From the NCBI GenBank assembly GCA_012842045.1, contig DUTP01000002.1, positions 35,601-99,600 on the forward strand: 64,000 nt of DNA, in the 5' to 3' direction. Within the stretch, counting starts at the first letter, position 1. The number at the start of each line of letters is the position of its first letter. Position numbers and translations under genes: made by a program. Origin of the DNA: Candidatus Dojkabacteria bacterium. GTDB lineage: Bacteria > Patescibacteriota > Dojkabacteria > SC72. The notes under the pieces are model-generated. The model saw nothing but the letters and a program-made list of their open reading frames with translations, was not told where the DNA came from and searched no databases. Shown here piece after piece: positions 29,466 through 39,157 of this stretch.

Positions 29466-30047
29466 ATGAGAAGGAATAAAAATAAGCTAAAAAACCTAAT
29501 AGTTTATATCCTTTCCGAATACAATAACTCAAACCTAACAGAGACCAAACTACAAAAACTACTCTACTTCTGTGATTTTGAATGCTACGAGATTAGTGGT
29601 AAATCAATAACAGGGTTTAAGTACAAGAAAAATCACTACGGTCCAACAATAATAGATTTAAGTGATTATCTCAAGGAGTTAAAAGAAGAGGGATATATTG
29701 AGATTATAGAAGGAGAAACAAGTTACGGTTCTCCTAAAAAAACATTTGCTCTTAAGAAAAGTATTGGAGATTTTAGAAAGGTGTTCACAGATTTAGAACT
29801 TAAAACAATTGATGATGTAAACAATGCATATGTAGGTCTTAAGCCTACAGAGATAAGTAAGTTATCTCATTCAGATTTTCCATATCTAGCAACCAATGAT
29901 AGGGAATATATAGACTATAATCTAGTTAAATATCGTGATACTGAGGAAGCAAATCAGGCAAAAGAAGACTATTCTGCTTTCTCATCTGGGGAGTTTTCCA
30001 ACATTGTAGGTAAATTTGCTAAAACTCTTCAGGATAGTGGAAATTAA
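29466..30047 (+). CDS. Panacea-domain (DUF4065, SocA/GepA-like) antitoxin-type protein
   Basis: N-terminal TKLQKLLYFCDFE ... HYGP matches the hallmark Panacea/DUF4065 motif (TKLqKLLYf...hGPv). Confidence 0.7.
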   Translation: MRRNKNKLKNLIVYILSEYNNSNLTETKLQKLLYFCDFECYEISGKSITGFKYKKNHYGPTIIDLSDYLKELKEEGYIEIIEGETSYGSPKKTFALKKSIGDFRKVFTDLELKTIDDVNNAYVGLKPTEISKLSHSDFPYLATNDREYIDYNLVKYRDTEEANQAKEDYSAFSSGEFSNIVGKFAKTLQDSGN

Positions 30048-30420
30048 AGACTATGGAAACAGTTTAATATCTTCTGATTTAAAGAGGCTTAAAAAACTTA
30101 GGTCTTTAGAGAAGGATTTAGAAACTTACTTCATTGCTCACAAGAATACTTTTTTAGAGAACGGTCTTCTTAGTTGTAAGATTGCAGATGGTAAAACACC
30201 AGATGGCTTAATATATTGGGTATGTAAGGAAAGAATAGTGGTTACAAATCCTAAAACAGGTGCAAGTGATGGTTGTAGACTATGGTTTTTAATCATATTT
30301 GAAAGTCCTATAAAAGCTCATTATGTAAAAACTCTCTTGTATTCTGCTAAGGAGGAAAAGAAATTTCCAAAAGATAAATGTTATCAAAATATAAAGAAGG
30401 CACTGGAGAGCATTTTGTAA
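30016..30420 (+). CDS. hypothetical 134-aa protein, candidate toxin partner of the Panacea-domain gene
   Basis: Overlaps the Panacea gene by 32 nt. A TTG start is the first start after the in-frame stop at 30007, and a GGT SD-like sequence lies 6 nt upstream. I recognise no fold. Confidence 0.4.
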   Translation: MLKLFRIVEIKDYGNSLISSDLKRLKKLRSLEKDLETYFIAHKNTFLENGLLSCKIADGKTPDGLIYWVCKERIVVTNPKTGASDGCRLWFLIIFESPIKAHYVKTLLYSAKEEKKFPKDKCYQNIKKALESIL

Positions 30421-30456
30421 CTTAAGATATTAACTGTTTTTACGTATAACTCATTT

Positions 30457-30465
30457 TGATATAAT
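30457..30465 (+). promoter_or_regulatory. extended -10 TGATATAAT upstream of rmlC
   Basis: TGnTATAAT, 29 nt upstream of the rmlC ATG, in the 73-bp gap after the Panacea-associated ORF. Confidence 0.4.
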
Positions 30466-30493
30466 GTAAAATAAATTCAAACTAATCATACAT

Positions 30494-31045
30494 ATGGAAT
30501 TTGAAAAAGTAGAACATCTACCAGACTTGGTAGTAGTAACCCTTAAAGCTTTTCATGATGACAGAGGTTTCTTTGAAGAAACATATGATGAAGACAAGTT
30601 TAGAGAAGCAGGTCTTCCTACTAATTGGGTGAAAGATAATCACTCACAATCTTGTAAGAATGTGCTAAGAGGTATGCATTGGCAGATAGGACCAAATGCA
30701 CAGGATAAATTTGTAAGAGTAATTAGAGGAAAAGCAATTGATGTAGCTGTAGATATTCGAAAAGGATCTCCTACATTTGGACAGTATCATATGGTTGAAT
30801 TAACAGAGGATAATCATACAGGATTCTTCATACCTAAAGGTTTTGCTCATGGATTCTTAGCATTAACAGATAATGTTGATTTTGAATACAAAGTGACTGG
30901 TAAATATGATAAAGAGAGTGAGAGGTCTTTTAGGTGGAATGACCCTGATGTAAACATACCTTGGGGTGTAGAGAAACCGGTTCTTTCTGATAAAGATGCT
31001 AATGCTCCATTACTTAAAGATTTAGGTGATGAAGATATATTTTAA
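30494..31045 (+). CDS. rmlC: dTDP-4-dehydrorhamnose 3,5-epimerase
   Basis: Cupin fold with VLRGMHWQ and the catalytic His/Tyr pattern. 183 aa. Confidence 0.9.
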   Translation: MEFEKVEHLPDLVVVTLKAFHDDRGFFEETYDEDKFREAGLPTNWVKDNHSQSCKNVLRGMHWQIGPNAQDKFVRVIRGKAIDVAVDIRKGSPTFGQYHMVELTEDNHTGFFIPKGFAHGFLALTDNVDFEYKVTGKYDKESERSFRWNDPDVNIPWGVEKPVLSDKDANAPLLKDLGDEDIF

Positions 31046-31061
31046 TTTAGTGAAAATCTAA

Positions 31062-31964
31062 ATGAGTAAGAAGATACTAGTATTTGGTGCAAATGGTATG
31101 TTGGGTTCATATCTGTCAAACTACTTTGGAAAGAAGGGGTATGAAGTTGTCAAGACAGATAGAGATAATGATGATGAGAAAAAAATAGTGGGAGTAGATA
31201 TTACTAATAAGAAAGGATTGCAGGATTTTGTAACTGAGCAAAACCCCGACTGTGTGATTAACTGTGCAGCATATACTAATGTAAACCAAGCAGAATCAGA
31301 ACCAGAAGTGGCAAATACTGTAAATGCAGATGCTCCTAAATATATGGCAGAGGTTTCCAAAGATTTAAATATTCCACTCATACATATCTCTACCAATGAA
31401 GTATTTGGAGATGGAGAATATGATGAAGAAAGTAAAGAGTTTAATCCTCTAAATGAATATGCAAAAAGTAAAAGGAGAGGAGAAGAAAACATTGAGAATG
31501 TAGGTGGTACATACTACATATTTAGGACTTCATGGCTATTTGGACCTAATGCAAAAAACTTTATTAAATTTGTAACTGAAACAGAAGCAACTGAAGAGAA
31601 ACCCCTAACAATTGTTACTGATGAAAAGGGTTGTCCTACATATGTTGGATATTTGACAAGAAGAATGGAGGAGGCTGTTGAGTCTAAGATCGAGCCTGGA
31701 ATATATCATGTATGTAGTTCTGATATGATTTCTAGATATGAATTTGCACTACAGATACTTGAAACTCAGGGTATAGAGAAACCAGTTATTCCAGTAGAGA
31801 AAAAAGATCTTCCACCTAGACCTGTCATTTCACCTTCTAATCAGTTAATTAATACAAAGTTTCCTGAGCATCCAACATCATATGAGATGTTAGTTAAATA
31901 TGTGGAAGAGATGAAACAAGACAGAGATAATGCTGGAAAGAAGGAGACAGTTTATGGAAATTGA
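31062..31964 (+). CDS. rmlD: dTDP-4-dehydrorhamnose reductase
   Basis: MSKKILVFGANGMLGSYL Rossmann motif, and the length and layout of RmlD. Confidence 0.85.
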   Translation: MSKKILVFGANGMLGSYLSNYFGKKGYEVVKTDRDNDDEKKIVGVDITNKKGLQDFVTEQNPDCVINCAAYTNVNQAESEPEVANTVNADAPKYMAEVSKDLNIPLIHISTNEVFGDGEYDEESKEFNPLNEYAKSKRRGEENIENVGGTYYIFRTSWLFGPNAKNFIKFVTETEATEEKPLTIVTDEKGCPTYVGYLTRRMEEAVESKIEPGIYHVCSSDMISRYEFALQILETQGIEKPVIPVEKKDLPPRPVISPSNQLINTKFPEHPTSYEMLVKYVEEMKQDRDNAGKKETVYGN

Positions 31965-32670
31965 GGATAGGGAGGTAAGTACAATCAATAACGTGAATAA
32001 TAACGACATAGAGTCATTACGTGGTTGTTTTGATGAGGCTATAGTTGTTCTACAAGGAGGAATAGTAAAAGGGCCTTATGGAGGAGCTAAAATTCCTAAG
32101 CTCCCAAGAATGAGACAATTTGCAGCCATCGCAAGTTATTATGATGCTCTTGATCAAGGAAAATCTCCTGTAATAATACTCTCAGGGGGAGCTAGTATTA
32201 ATATCGAAGACGGTGTTTGTTCAGAAACCTTTTTAATGAAAAAACATATGGTTGAGTCATATGGTATTGAACCTTGGAGAATTATCGAAGAAGACAGATC
32301 TATAGATACTGCTACGAATGCAGAGTGTAGTGCTGAGATTTTGGAGATATTAGGGTTTCTTGAGAATGGTAATGTTAAATTAATTACAAATGCATTTCAT
32401 TTAGATAGATCTAAAATGTTGTTTGATAGGTGCTACAAAGGAGATATAACTCCAGTTGCAGCAGAGAGTGTGTTAATAGCAAGGGGAGAGAAAAGTCGGC
32501 TACCAGGAGATGCTTTTGACTATGGTTATGGAGAATATGCTAAGCTGTTCCTAGACACAGAAGAGAACAAGAGGTTAGAAAGGAAAGACAGACTTCTCAA
32601 GGCAATATACTCTTCAGTTATTGGTACAAAACTTGTGAGTTCTTGGGCAATAATGACTAGGGAAAAATAG
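31954..32670 (+). CDS. DUF218 (YdcF/ElyC/SanA-like) domain protein
   Basis: VIILSGGASI ... TATNAECSAEIL matches the DUF218 core. The ATG at 31954 overlaps the rmlD stop by 11 nt. The track start is 31930. Confidence 0.6.
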   Translation: MEIEDREVSTINNVNNNDIESLRGCFDEAIVVLQGGIVKGPYGGAKIPKLPRMRQFAAIASYYDALDQGKSPVIILSGGASINIEDGVCSETFLMKKHMVESYGIEPWRIIEEDRSIDTATNAECSAEILEILGFLENGNVKLITNAFHLDRSKMLFDRCYKGDITPVAAESVLIARGEKSRLPGDAFDYGYGEYAKLFLDTEENKRLERKDRLLKAIYSSVIGTKLVSSWAIMTREK

Positions 32671-32704
32671 GTGACTATTCTCCCAAAAACAGGTAATATA
32701 TCAT

Positions 32705-33898
32705 ATGCATATAATAATTGATGCAACTACAACTCAAGACCAATTCGCATATGCTGGTGTTGGGCAGTATACGAAAAATATCATTCTCTCACTTCTTAAA
32801 AACAATCCGAGTACCACATTTAGTATATTAAAGTTTAGAGATAAGATTTCAACATTAGATAAAGATATATCCAAATTCAAGAATGTAGAATTGGTAGACA
32901 TAGGTAATTACAAGGTGAACGATTACAAGAATGACATATGGTATTACACAAAGGTGTTACCTGTTATAAAGAAGATAAGGAGAGAGGATAGTATATACTT
33001 CTGCCCATACTTCTGGAGAAACTTTCCCTCTGATATTATGCCAACAGTACTTTTTGTTCATGACATGAATCTTCCCCTCTTTAATATGTACTCTCAACAA
33101 TCACCAATACACAACTTCATTAGAAAGATACAGTATTGGATGACATTAAATAAGTCTAAGGATTGTAAATATATACTTTGCAATTCCGATACTACAAGGA
33201 AAGATTTTCTTAAATTCTATCCTGATTATCCAGTAGAACAAACAGATTTTACATACCTAGGGATTAATATAGAAGAGAAACAGATATCGTTAGATAAATT
33301 ACTACCTCATGACTATAAGGAGAAAAAATATTTCATCTATCTAGGAGGTGGTATTAACAGAAGTAAGAATTCAATAGGGGTGATAAAGGGATATAAAGTA
33401 TTTTTAGATAAGGTAAGAGATGATGGTATAAACATAGAGGATGCTCCTTATCTAGTAATTGCAGGTGGGAAATTTCAGGATACAACTAAGCCAGAGGTTA
33501 AAGAGTTATATGACTATATAGAAGAACATGGTATAGAAAAAAAAGTTGTGTTAACAGGTTTCTATGAAGATAAACAGGCATATTCTCTTCTAAATAACTC
33601 CCTTGGTTTTCTGCATCTTGCCTTGTATGAGGGTTTTGGTATTTCATCTGCTGAAGCCTTAAGAGCAAAGACTCCTACTATACTACATAAAAACCCTGTA
33701 TATGAAGAAATCTTTAAAGATGTTTCAATGCTAGTTGATGGATTAAATGAAGAAGAGGTCGGGGGTACGATATATGATATCTACAAAAACAGAGAGAAAT
33801 ACCAAACAATGATACAGAAAGGGTATGATTTGTCTTTGACATTTACATGGGATAAATGTGCAGCAGAAACCTTTAAAATTTTTGAGAAGTTAATGTGA
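32705..33898 (+). CDS. GT4-family (GT-B) glycosyltransferase
   Basis: The C-terminal EGFGISSAEALRAKTPTI is the E-x7-E-type GT4 motif. Confidence 0.75.
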   Translation: MHIIIDATTTQDQFAYAGVGQYTKNIILSLLKNNPSTTFSILKFRDKISTLDKDISKFKNVELVDIGNYKVNDYKNDIWYYTKVLPVIKKIRREDSIYFCPYFWRNFPSDIMPTVLFVHDMNLPLFNMYSQQSPIHNFIRKIQYWMTLNKSKDCKYILCNSDTTRKDFLKFYPDYPVEQTDFTYLGINIEEKQISLDKLLPHDYKEKKYFIYLGGGINRSKNSIGVIKGYKVFLDKVRDDGINIEDAPYLVIAGGKFQDTTKPEVKELYDYIEEHGIEKKVVLTGFYEDKQAYSLLNNSLGFLHLALYEGFGISSAEALRAKTPTILHKNPVYEEIFKDVSMLVDGLNEEEVGGTIYDIYKNREKYQTMIQKGYDLSLTFTWDKCAAETFKIFEKLM

Positions 33899-34383
33899 GT
33901 ATTGGAACAATCTTACTCTACATCTTAGCAGGTGTTCTAGCTGTTGCAGGTGTAATAACTACAATCTTCTCCCTACCGGGTGTCTGGTTGGTATATATAG
34001 CTACAGTGATAATAGGTGCAATAGGGGGTTTTCAAGTTATTACACCACTAACACTAGTAATTCTCCTTATCATATCCATCCTTTCAACCTTTGCAGATGA
34101 ATTAGCAGCAGTACTGGGTACTAAAAAAGCAGGAGGATCTAAATATGGAACAATAGGTTCAGTCGTTGGTTCAATAGTAGGAGGTATTGTAGGTAATATC
34201 TTGGGAGTATTCATAGGGGCATTCTTAGGAGCAGCACTCTTTGAATATATCTTTGCTAAGCAAGACTTAAAGAAGAGTATTAAATTAGGTTTTGTGTCAT
34301 TCTTAGGGTTTTTAATAGGAACAGGATTAAAGATAGCTGTAAATATTGGAATTATTGTCTTTGTACTCGTTAAGTTATTGTAA
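33895..34383 (+). CDS. DUF456-family small membrane protein
   Basis: Glycine-rich multi-TM protein of 162 aa. The GTG start overlaps the GT4 stop (ATGTGA). Confidence 0.6.
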   Translation: MSIGTILLYILAGVLAVAGVITTIFSLPGVWLVYIATVIIGAIGGFQVITPLTLVILLIISILSTFADELAAVLGTKKAGGSKYGTIGSVVGSIVGGIVGNILGVFIGAFLGAALFEYIFAKQDLKKSIKLGFVSFLGFLIGTGLKIAVNIGIIVFVLVKLL

Positions 34384-34973
34384 AGAATTAGATTCCCATT
34401 CATATCCTCAATAATGTAGAGATCCTCACTTCTCACAAACACTCTTCTTACATCAATATATCTAGGAATATCAAAAGAATATTTTCTGTAAGGAGAATCT
34501 ATCTCCTCTTTCTTTTCACTCTCAATGTTGATTTTGAAAAAATGCTCTTCTAAAAAATCCATAGCAGTAACAGCAATAATCTCTTCCTCATCCATATATA
34601 TCGGTCTAATTGTTTCAAACACCTTTATCTCCTTAATCAAATTCCCATCCTTATTCTTAATTCTAAAAATTGTTGAAAACTCCTCAGGAGAGTGGATTAT
34701 GAAATGTTCAAATTCACAAAACATTAACTCACCCTTATTATTTACACTTACAAAAGAATTAGGTTCTCTTTCACTTAACTGCTCTAAATCTTTGGAGAGA
34801 ATATTGTATTTAAAGATATCTTTCTCTTGTACAATCAAAACCTCCTCATTAGATATCCAACTTATTTGATGAGGATGCGAAATTCCCTCTATTAGCTCGA
34901 AATTACCTTGTTTGATAATAGTACAAGGGAAGAGGGTATAAAGGATGAGTGCTATTAACAATGCTTTTAGCAT
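34032..34973 (-). CDS. secreted hypothetical protein; its 3' third lies antisense to the DUF456 gene
   Basis: Clear signal peptide (MLKALLIALILYTLFPC). The first ~195 aa have normal composition. The last ~117 aa are Pro/Thr-rich, as expected for antisense reading of a Gly-rich gene. Confidence 0.4.
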   Translation of the reverse strand: MLKALLIALILYTLFPCTIIKQGNFELIEGISHPHQISWISNEEVLIVQEKDIFKYNILSKDLEQLSEREPNSFVSVNNKGELMFCEFEHFIIHSPEEFSTIFRIKNKDGNLIKEIKVFETIRPIYMDEEEIIAVTAMDFLEEHFFKINIESEKKEEIDSPYRKYSFDIPRYIDVRRVFVRSEDLYIIEDMNGNLILYNNLTSTKTIIPIFTAIFNPVPIKNPKNDTKPNLILFFKSCLAKIYSKSAAPKNAPMNTPKILPTIPPTIEPTTEPIVPYLDPPAFLVPSTAANSSAKVERMDMIRRITSVSGVIT

Positions 34974-34990
34974 ATCTTTCTTAACTAAAA

Positions 34991-36085
34991 TTATCTCCCA
35001 GGGTGTGGATTATCACCACTCAACCTTCCTGGATATTTTTTGTAATTAGCAGTTGGTATGAGATCCCAATCCTGTTCGATATATTTCACAGGATCTACAT
35101 GTGTACTCTGACTTCTTTTTTTTCTTGTCTCAAAATGGAGGTGATAGGCAAGAGGTTGGCAGTTCCAACTCCCACTATTTCCAGTCTTTGCAATTACCTC
35201 TCCTTTCTTTACCTTCTTTCCTACATCTACATATGATTGGTCAAGGTGGAAATATACTGTATGCATACCGTTATCATGTTTTACTGTTAGGAAATTACCT
35301 CCTGAATGGCACTTACCGTAATATGTATCATATCCTTTTGCTATAACTACACCATTTCCAACAGCACGGGTCTCTTGTTTCGCTACACTAAAATCAATGC
35401 CGGTGTGTGGTTTTTGGTAGTCAGTATATCCATGCCATTGTGATACACCTACTGGTTTTGAGAATGGAAATATGAATGGTTTTACACTTTTTCCTAGAAC
35501 TTTCTCTTTTTGTTTTTGAGGAGGCTTTGATTTAATTGTAGGTGTAGTTTTAACTATTGGTTTAGAATCAGGTTTCTCTTTCACAGTTGGTTGTTGAGGT
35601 GTTGGATTTTCGTTGTTTCCTTTTTGAAATCTTTTTAACCAATATTCTGGAATATCCATCCCTATACCAAGAACTAAAATATCACTAGCATAGGTGTATT
35701 CCTCCCTCTCTGGTGTGTAATATTTATCACTATCATAATAGTAGAGTTGAAGAACAATTACACTTTTTTGAGATGGAAGGATGGTATATTGCATATCTTG
35801 TGTTGTTTTAAATGACATACTCATTTGAAAATCACCAATGACATAGTAGAAGTATGGAGCATAGCAATATTTCCTCTTAGGATTTTTGTTTTTCCATGTT
35901 AGAAGTATATTCTCTCCTAATTCAAATCTTTGTCCATATTTAGGTGTAAGAATTTCAATATCTTGATTCTTTGATATGAGGTCTTCTCTAATTCCTGGGA
36001 CATTTGTCATTGGTTCTTCTTGTGCAAAAAGAGGCATTAGGATAGTTGCTAATATTGTAGTTAATGTTGTAAGTATTTTTCTCAT
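34991..36085 (-). CDS. M23-family (LytM-type) peptidoglycan metalloendopeptidase with signal peptide
   Basis: HTGIDFS ... HLHFE Zn-binding motifs (HxxxD ... HxH). Confidence 0.85.
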   Translation of the reverse strand: MRKILTTLTTILATILMPLFAQEEPMTNVPGIREDLISKNQDIEILTPKYGQRFELGENILLTWKNKNPKRKYCYAPYFYYVIGDFQMSMSFKTTQDMQYTILPSQKSVIVLQLYYYDSDKYYTPEREEYTYASDILVLGIGMDIPEYWLKRFQKGNNENPTPQQPTVKEKPDSKPIVKTTPTIKSKPPQKQKEKVLGKSVKPFIFPFSKPVGVSQWHGYTDYQKPHTGIDFSVAKQETRAVGNGVVIAKGYDTYYGKCHSGGNFLTVKHDNGMHTVYFHLDQSYVDVGKKVKKGEVIAKTGNSGSWNCQPLAYHLHFETRKKRSQSTHVDPVKYIEQDWDLIPTANYKKYPGRLSGDNPHPGR

Positions 36086-36176
36086 ACTTAAACCTTACAC
36101 TACAAAGATTAAATCTAGATTAAATGTAAAATTAAAAATTTAACTTCTTTTGTTTTCTGTAAAATATGTTCTAGGG

Positions 36177-36185
36177 TGGTATAAT
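36177..36185 (+). promoter_or_regulatory. extended -10 element TGGTATAAT upstream of secA
   Basis: Exact TGnTATAAT, about 43 nt upstream of the secA ATG. Confidence 0.4.
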
Positions 36186-36227
36186 GAAGGGTGAATTTTG
36201 ATATTAGAATTAAAGAAAGGTAAGTAT

Positions 36228-39137
36228 ATGTTTAAATTTCTAACAAAACTTTTTGACTCCAATGAGAAACAATTGGCAAAGATTCAACCAATTGTTGATG
36301 AAATCAATTCTTTGGGAGACGATATCTCTAAACTCTCAGATGAAAAGTTGAAAGAGAAGACTAGTCAATTTAGAAAGAAATTGGGTGTTGATTTAGAGAC
36401 ATGTAGGACAGATTTTACAACTCTCTCTGATGAAGAATTGAATAAAAGGTTGGATAATGAGAAGGAGAAGTTGTATGAGATTCTTCCTGAAGCATTTGCT
36501 GTTGCTAGAGAAGCGTCTAGCAGGGTTGCTAATCACAAACATTTTGATGTTCAAGTTATGGCTGGCTATGTCTTGTTTGATAACAAAGTAGCAGAGCTGT
36601 TCACAGGTGAGGGTAAAACATTAGCAGCAAACCTACCTTTGTATCTCTATGCCCTTACAGGTAGAGGAGCTCATTTAGTTACAGTAAACGACTATCTTGC
36701 ACGAAGAGATGCTGAATGGACCGGCCATATTATGAACTCTTTAGGTATTACTGTTGGTGCAATTAACTCTGGTAAACAGTACAGATTTGTTGATGATGAG
36801 GAAGCAATCAAGATTAAGGGAGATGAAGCTAAAGAATTGATTAAGGAGAGGAAACAGAAAGAGAAAGAAGTAGGTAGACTTAAGTATGACCATATGAGTG
36901 GAGTTAATCTTGTTGAGTGTACCAAAGCAGAAACATATGCTTGTGATATTGTTTACGGTACAAACAGTGAGTTTGGTTTTGACTATCTTAGAGATAATAT
37001 GGCAAGAAGTCTTGAGGAAAGAGTACAAGGTCCTAGATATTTTGTAATTGTTGACGAGGCGGACTCAATCTTGATAGATGAAGCACGAACCCCTCTCATT
37101 ATCTCCACAAGTGCTGATACTGCAAATGACCTCTACAAACAGTTTGCATCTTTAGTAAATACTCTTCAGAAAGATGTTCACTACAGTGTTGATGAAAAAG
37201 CGCATGCAGTTTCACTTAATCAAGAAGGTATGGATGCTGTAGAGAAGGCTTTGAAGGTAGATAATGTGTATGAGGATGCACAGTTGGCATATCATTTAGA
37301 TAATGCACTTAAGGCAAAAGAACTGTATCACTTAGATGATGAATATATGATTAGGAACGGTGAAGTTCTCATTGTTGATGAATTTACAGGTCGAGCTATG
37401 GAGGGAAGAAGATACAGTGAAGGTCTTCATCAAGCGATAGAGGCTAAGGAAGGTGTAGAGGTAAAGAAGGAGTCTAAAACAATGGCTACGATTACCTTAC
37501 AGAACTTCTTTAGACTATACAAATTCCTCTCTGGTATGACAGGTACAGCTATTACAGAAGCAGAGGAGTTTTCTCAAATATACAATCTTGATACCATTGT
37601 TGTTCCTACCAACCAACCAGTTGTTAGACAAGATTACAATGATGTTGTTTACAGAACTCAGGAGGGAAAGTTTAGAGCAATAATTAGGGAGATAATTGAA
37701 CATCACAAGAAAGGACAACCAATACTTGTTGGTACTACATCTGTTGAGAAATCTGAAGTTCTTTCAGATATGCTAAAGAAAGAAGGTATTAAGCACAATG
37801 TTCTTAATGCAAAACAACATGAATTAGAAGCTAAGATTGTGTCTGAAGCAGGACAACTAGGTGCAGTTACCATTGCAACTAATATGGCTGGTAGAGGTAC
37901 AGATATTGCACTTGGTGAGGGTGTAAAAGAAGTAGGTGGTTTGTATGTAATCGGTTCAGAGAGACATGAATCTAGAAGAATTGATAATCAGTTAAGAGGT
38001 AGGTCTGGTAGACAGGGAGACCCTGGTGAGTCTAAGTTCTTTGTTTCTTTTGAAGACGACCTCATGAGAATTTTTGGTGGAGACAGGATGAAATTAATTA
38101 TGGAACAGGTAGGGCTTGAGGATGATGTAGAGATCTCTGTTGGTTTAATCGGTAAAACAATTGAGAATGCACAGAAGAAGGTTGAGGCCTCAAACTATGA
38201 TATTAGGAAGAGGTTAGTAGAATATGATGATGTTCTTAATCAACAAAGAGAAATAATCTATACCATCAGAAGGAAAACTCTCGAAGCTAAAGCTCAAACT
38301 GGAGTGAAGTTGAGTGAAGAGGATATGAAGAAAGATCTTAAGATGTGTAAGGAGGTCGAGATTGAAAGAGTTCAGGATGGTTTAGATGGTTTTGCTTTAA
38401 ACAGAGAGAGTAGTTGGGAAATTGAAGAACTAAAGAAGTTTAAATTTCCATTTTCTCCTTTAGAGAAATGGATACTTAAAAAAGCATTAGAGTATGTAGA
38501 CTTCTTAACGGCATCATCTCTAGCTGATGATATGGAGATAGATAATATTGAAGAAAGGAAAATCTTCATTGAGATAAATAATCTTCTGACAGACGAGTTT
38601 GTAGAAGCTACATCAATGACACTTGGATACAAGGATAGTATTGATATGTTTAGAGATATGTATGAATTATCTGATGTACAAAGGAGTGCACAGATAAAGA
38701 GGATGGTATTAACAGCATTTGTATTACATCTTTACTCAATCGGTTATGAAGCAGCTGATAATTTGTCTAGGTATTTAGTCCTCCAGTCATATGACAAATT
38801 CTGGATGGAACATCTAGATACAATGACAGATTTGAGAGAGGGTATTTCTTTAAGAAACTTGGCTCAAAAAGATCCTTTAGTAGAGTACAAGAATGAGGGT
38901 TTTGATCTGTTTGATCAGATGTTAAAGAAGGTTGATGAGTTTGTAATTACAAGATTCTTTAAGGTTAGGTTAGTAACAAATGAAGCACAGGTACAACAGA
39001 AGACAAGTAGTGGTGAGGATAATAGGCCTGGTAAGGTAGCTAAACAGAAGACTGTACATAAAGGAAACAAAGTAGGAAGAAATGATCCTTGTCCATGTGG
39101 AAGTGGAAAGAAGTACAAGAAGTGTTGTGGAAGGTGA
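36228..39137 (+). CDS. secA: preprotein translocase ATPase SecA
   Basis: DEAD-like motor motifs (VMAGYVLFD, TGEGKTL, DEADSILIDEARTPLIIS) and the C-terminal zinc finger CPCGSGKKYKKCCG. The ATG at 36228 has a GAAAGG SD. The track start is a TTG. Confidence 0.95.
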   Translation: MFKFLTKLFDSNEKQLAKIQPIVDEINSLGDDISKLSDEKLKEKTSQFRKKLGVDLETCRTDFTTLSDEELNKRLDNEKEKLYEILPEAFAVAREASSRVANHKHFDVQVMAGYVLFDNKVAELFTGEGKTLAANLPLYLYALTGRGAHLVTVNDYLARRDAEWTGHIMNSLGITVGAINSGKQYRFVDDEEAIKIKGDEAKELIKERKQKEKEVGRLKYDHMSGVNLVECTKAETYACDIVYGTNSEFGFDYLRDNMARSLEERVQGPRYFVIVDEADSILIDEARTPLIISTSADTANDLYKQFASLVNTLQKDVHYSVDEKAHAVSLNQEGMDAVEKALKVDNVYEDAQLAYHLDNALKAKELYHLDDEYMIRNGEVLIVDEFTGRAMEGRRYSEGLHQAIEAKEGVEVKKESKTMATITLQNFFRLYKFLSGMTGTAITEAEEFSQIYNLDTIVVPTNQPVVRQDYNDVVYRTQEGKFRAIIREIIEHHKKGQPILVGTTSVEKSEVLSDMLKKEGIKHNVLNAKQHELEAKIVSEAGQLGAVTIATNMAGRGTDIALGEGVKEVGGLYVIGSERHESRRIDNQLRGRSGRQGDPGESKFFVSFEDDLMRIFGGDRMKLIMEQVGLEDDVEISVGLIGKTIENAQKKVEASNYDIRKRLVEYDDVLNQQREIIYTIRRKTLEAKAQTGVKLSEEDMKKDLKMCKEVEIERVQDGLDGFALNRESSWEIEELKKFKFPFSPLEKWILKKALEYVDFLTASSLADDMEIDNIEERKIFIEINNLLTDEFVEATSMTLGYKDSIDMFRDMYELSDVQRSAQIKRMVLTAFVLHLYSIGYEAADNLSRYLVLQSYDKFWMEHLDTMTDLREGISLRNLAQKDPLVEYKNEGFDLFDQMLKKVDEFVITRFFKVRLVTNEAQVQQKTSSGEDNRPGKVAKQKTVHKGNKVGRNDPCPCGSGKKYKKCCGR

Positions 39138-39157
39138 TAAGATAAAATAGTAGTGTT

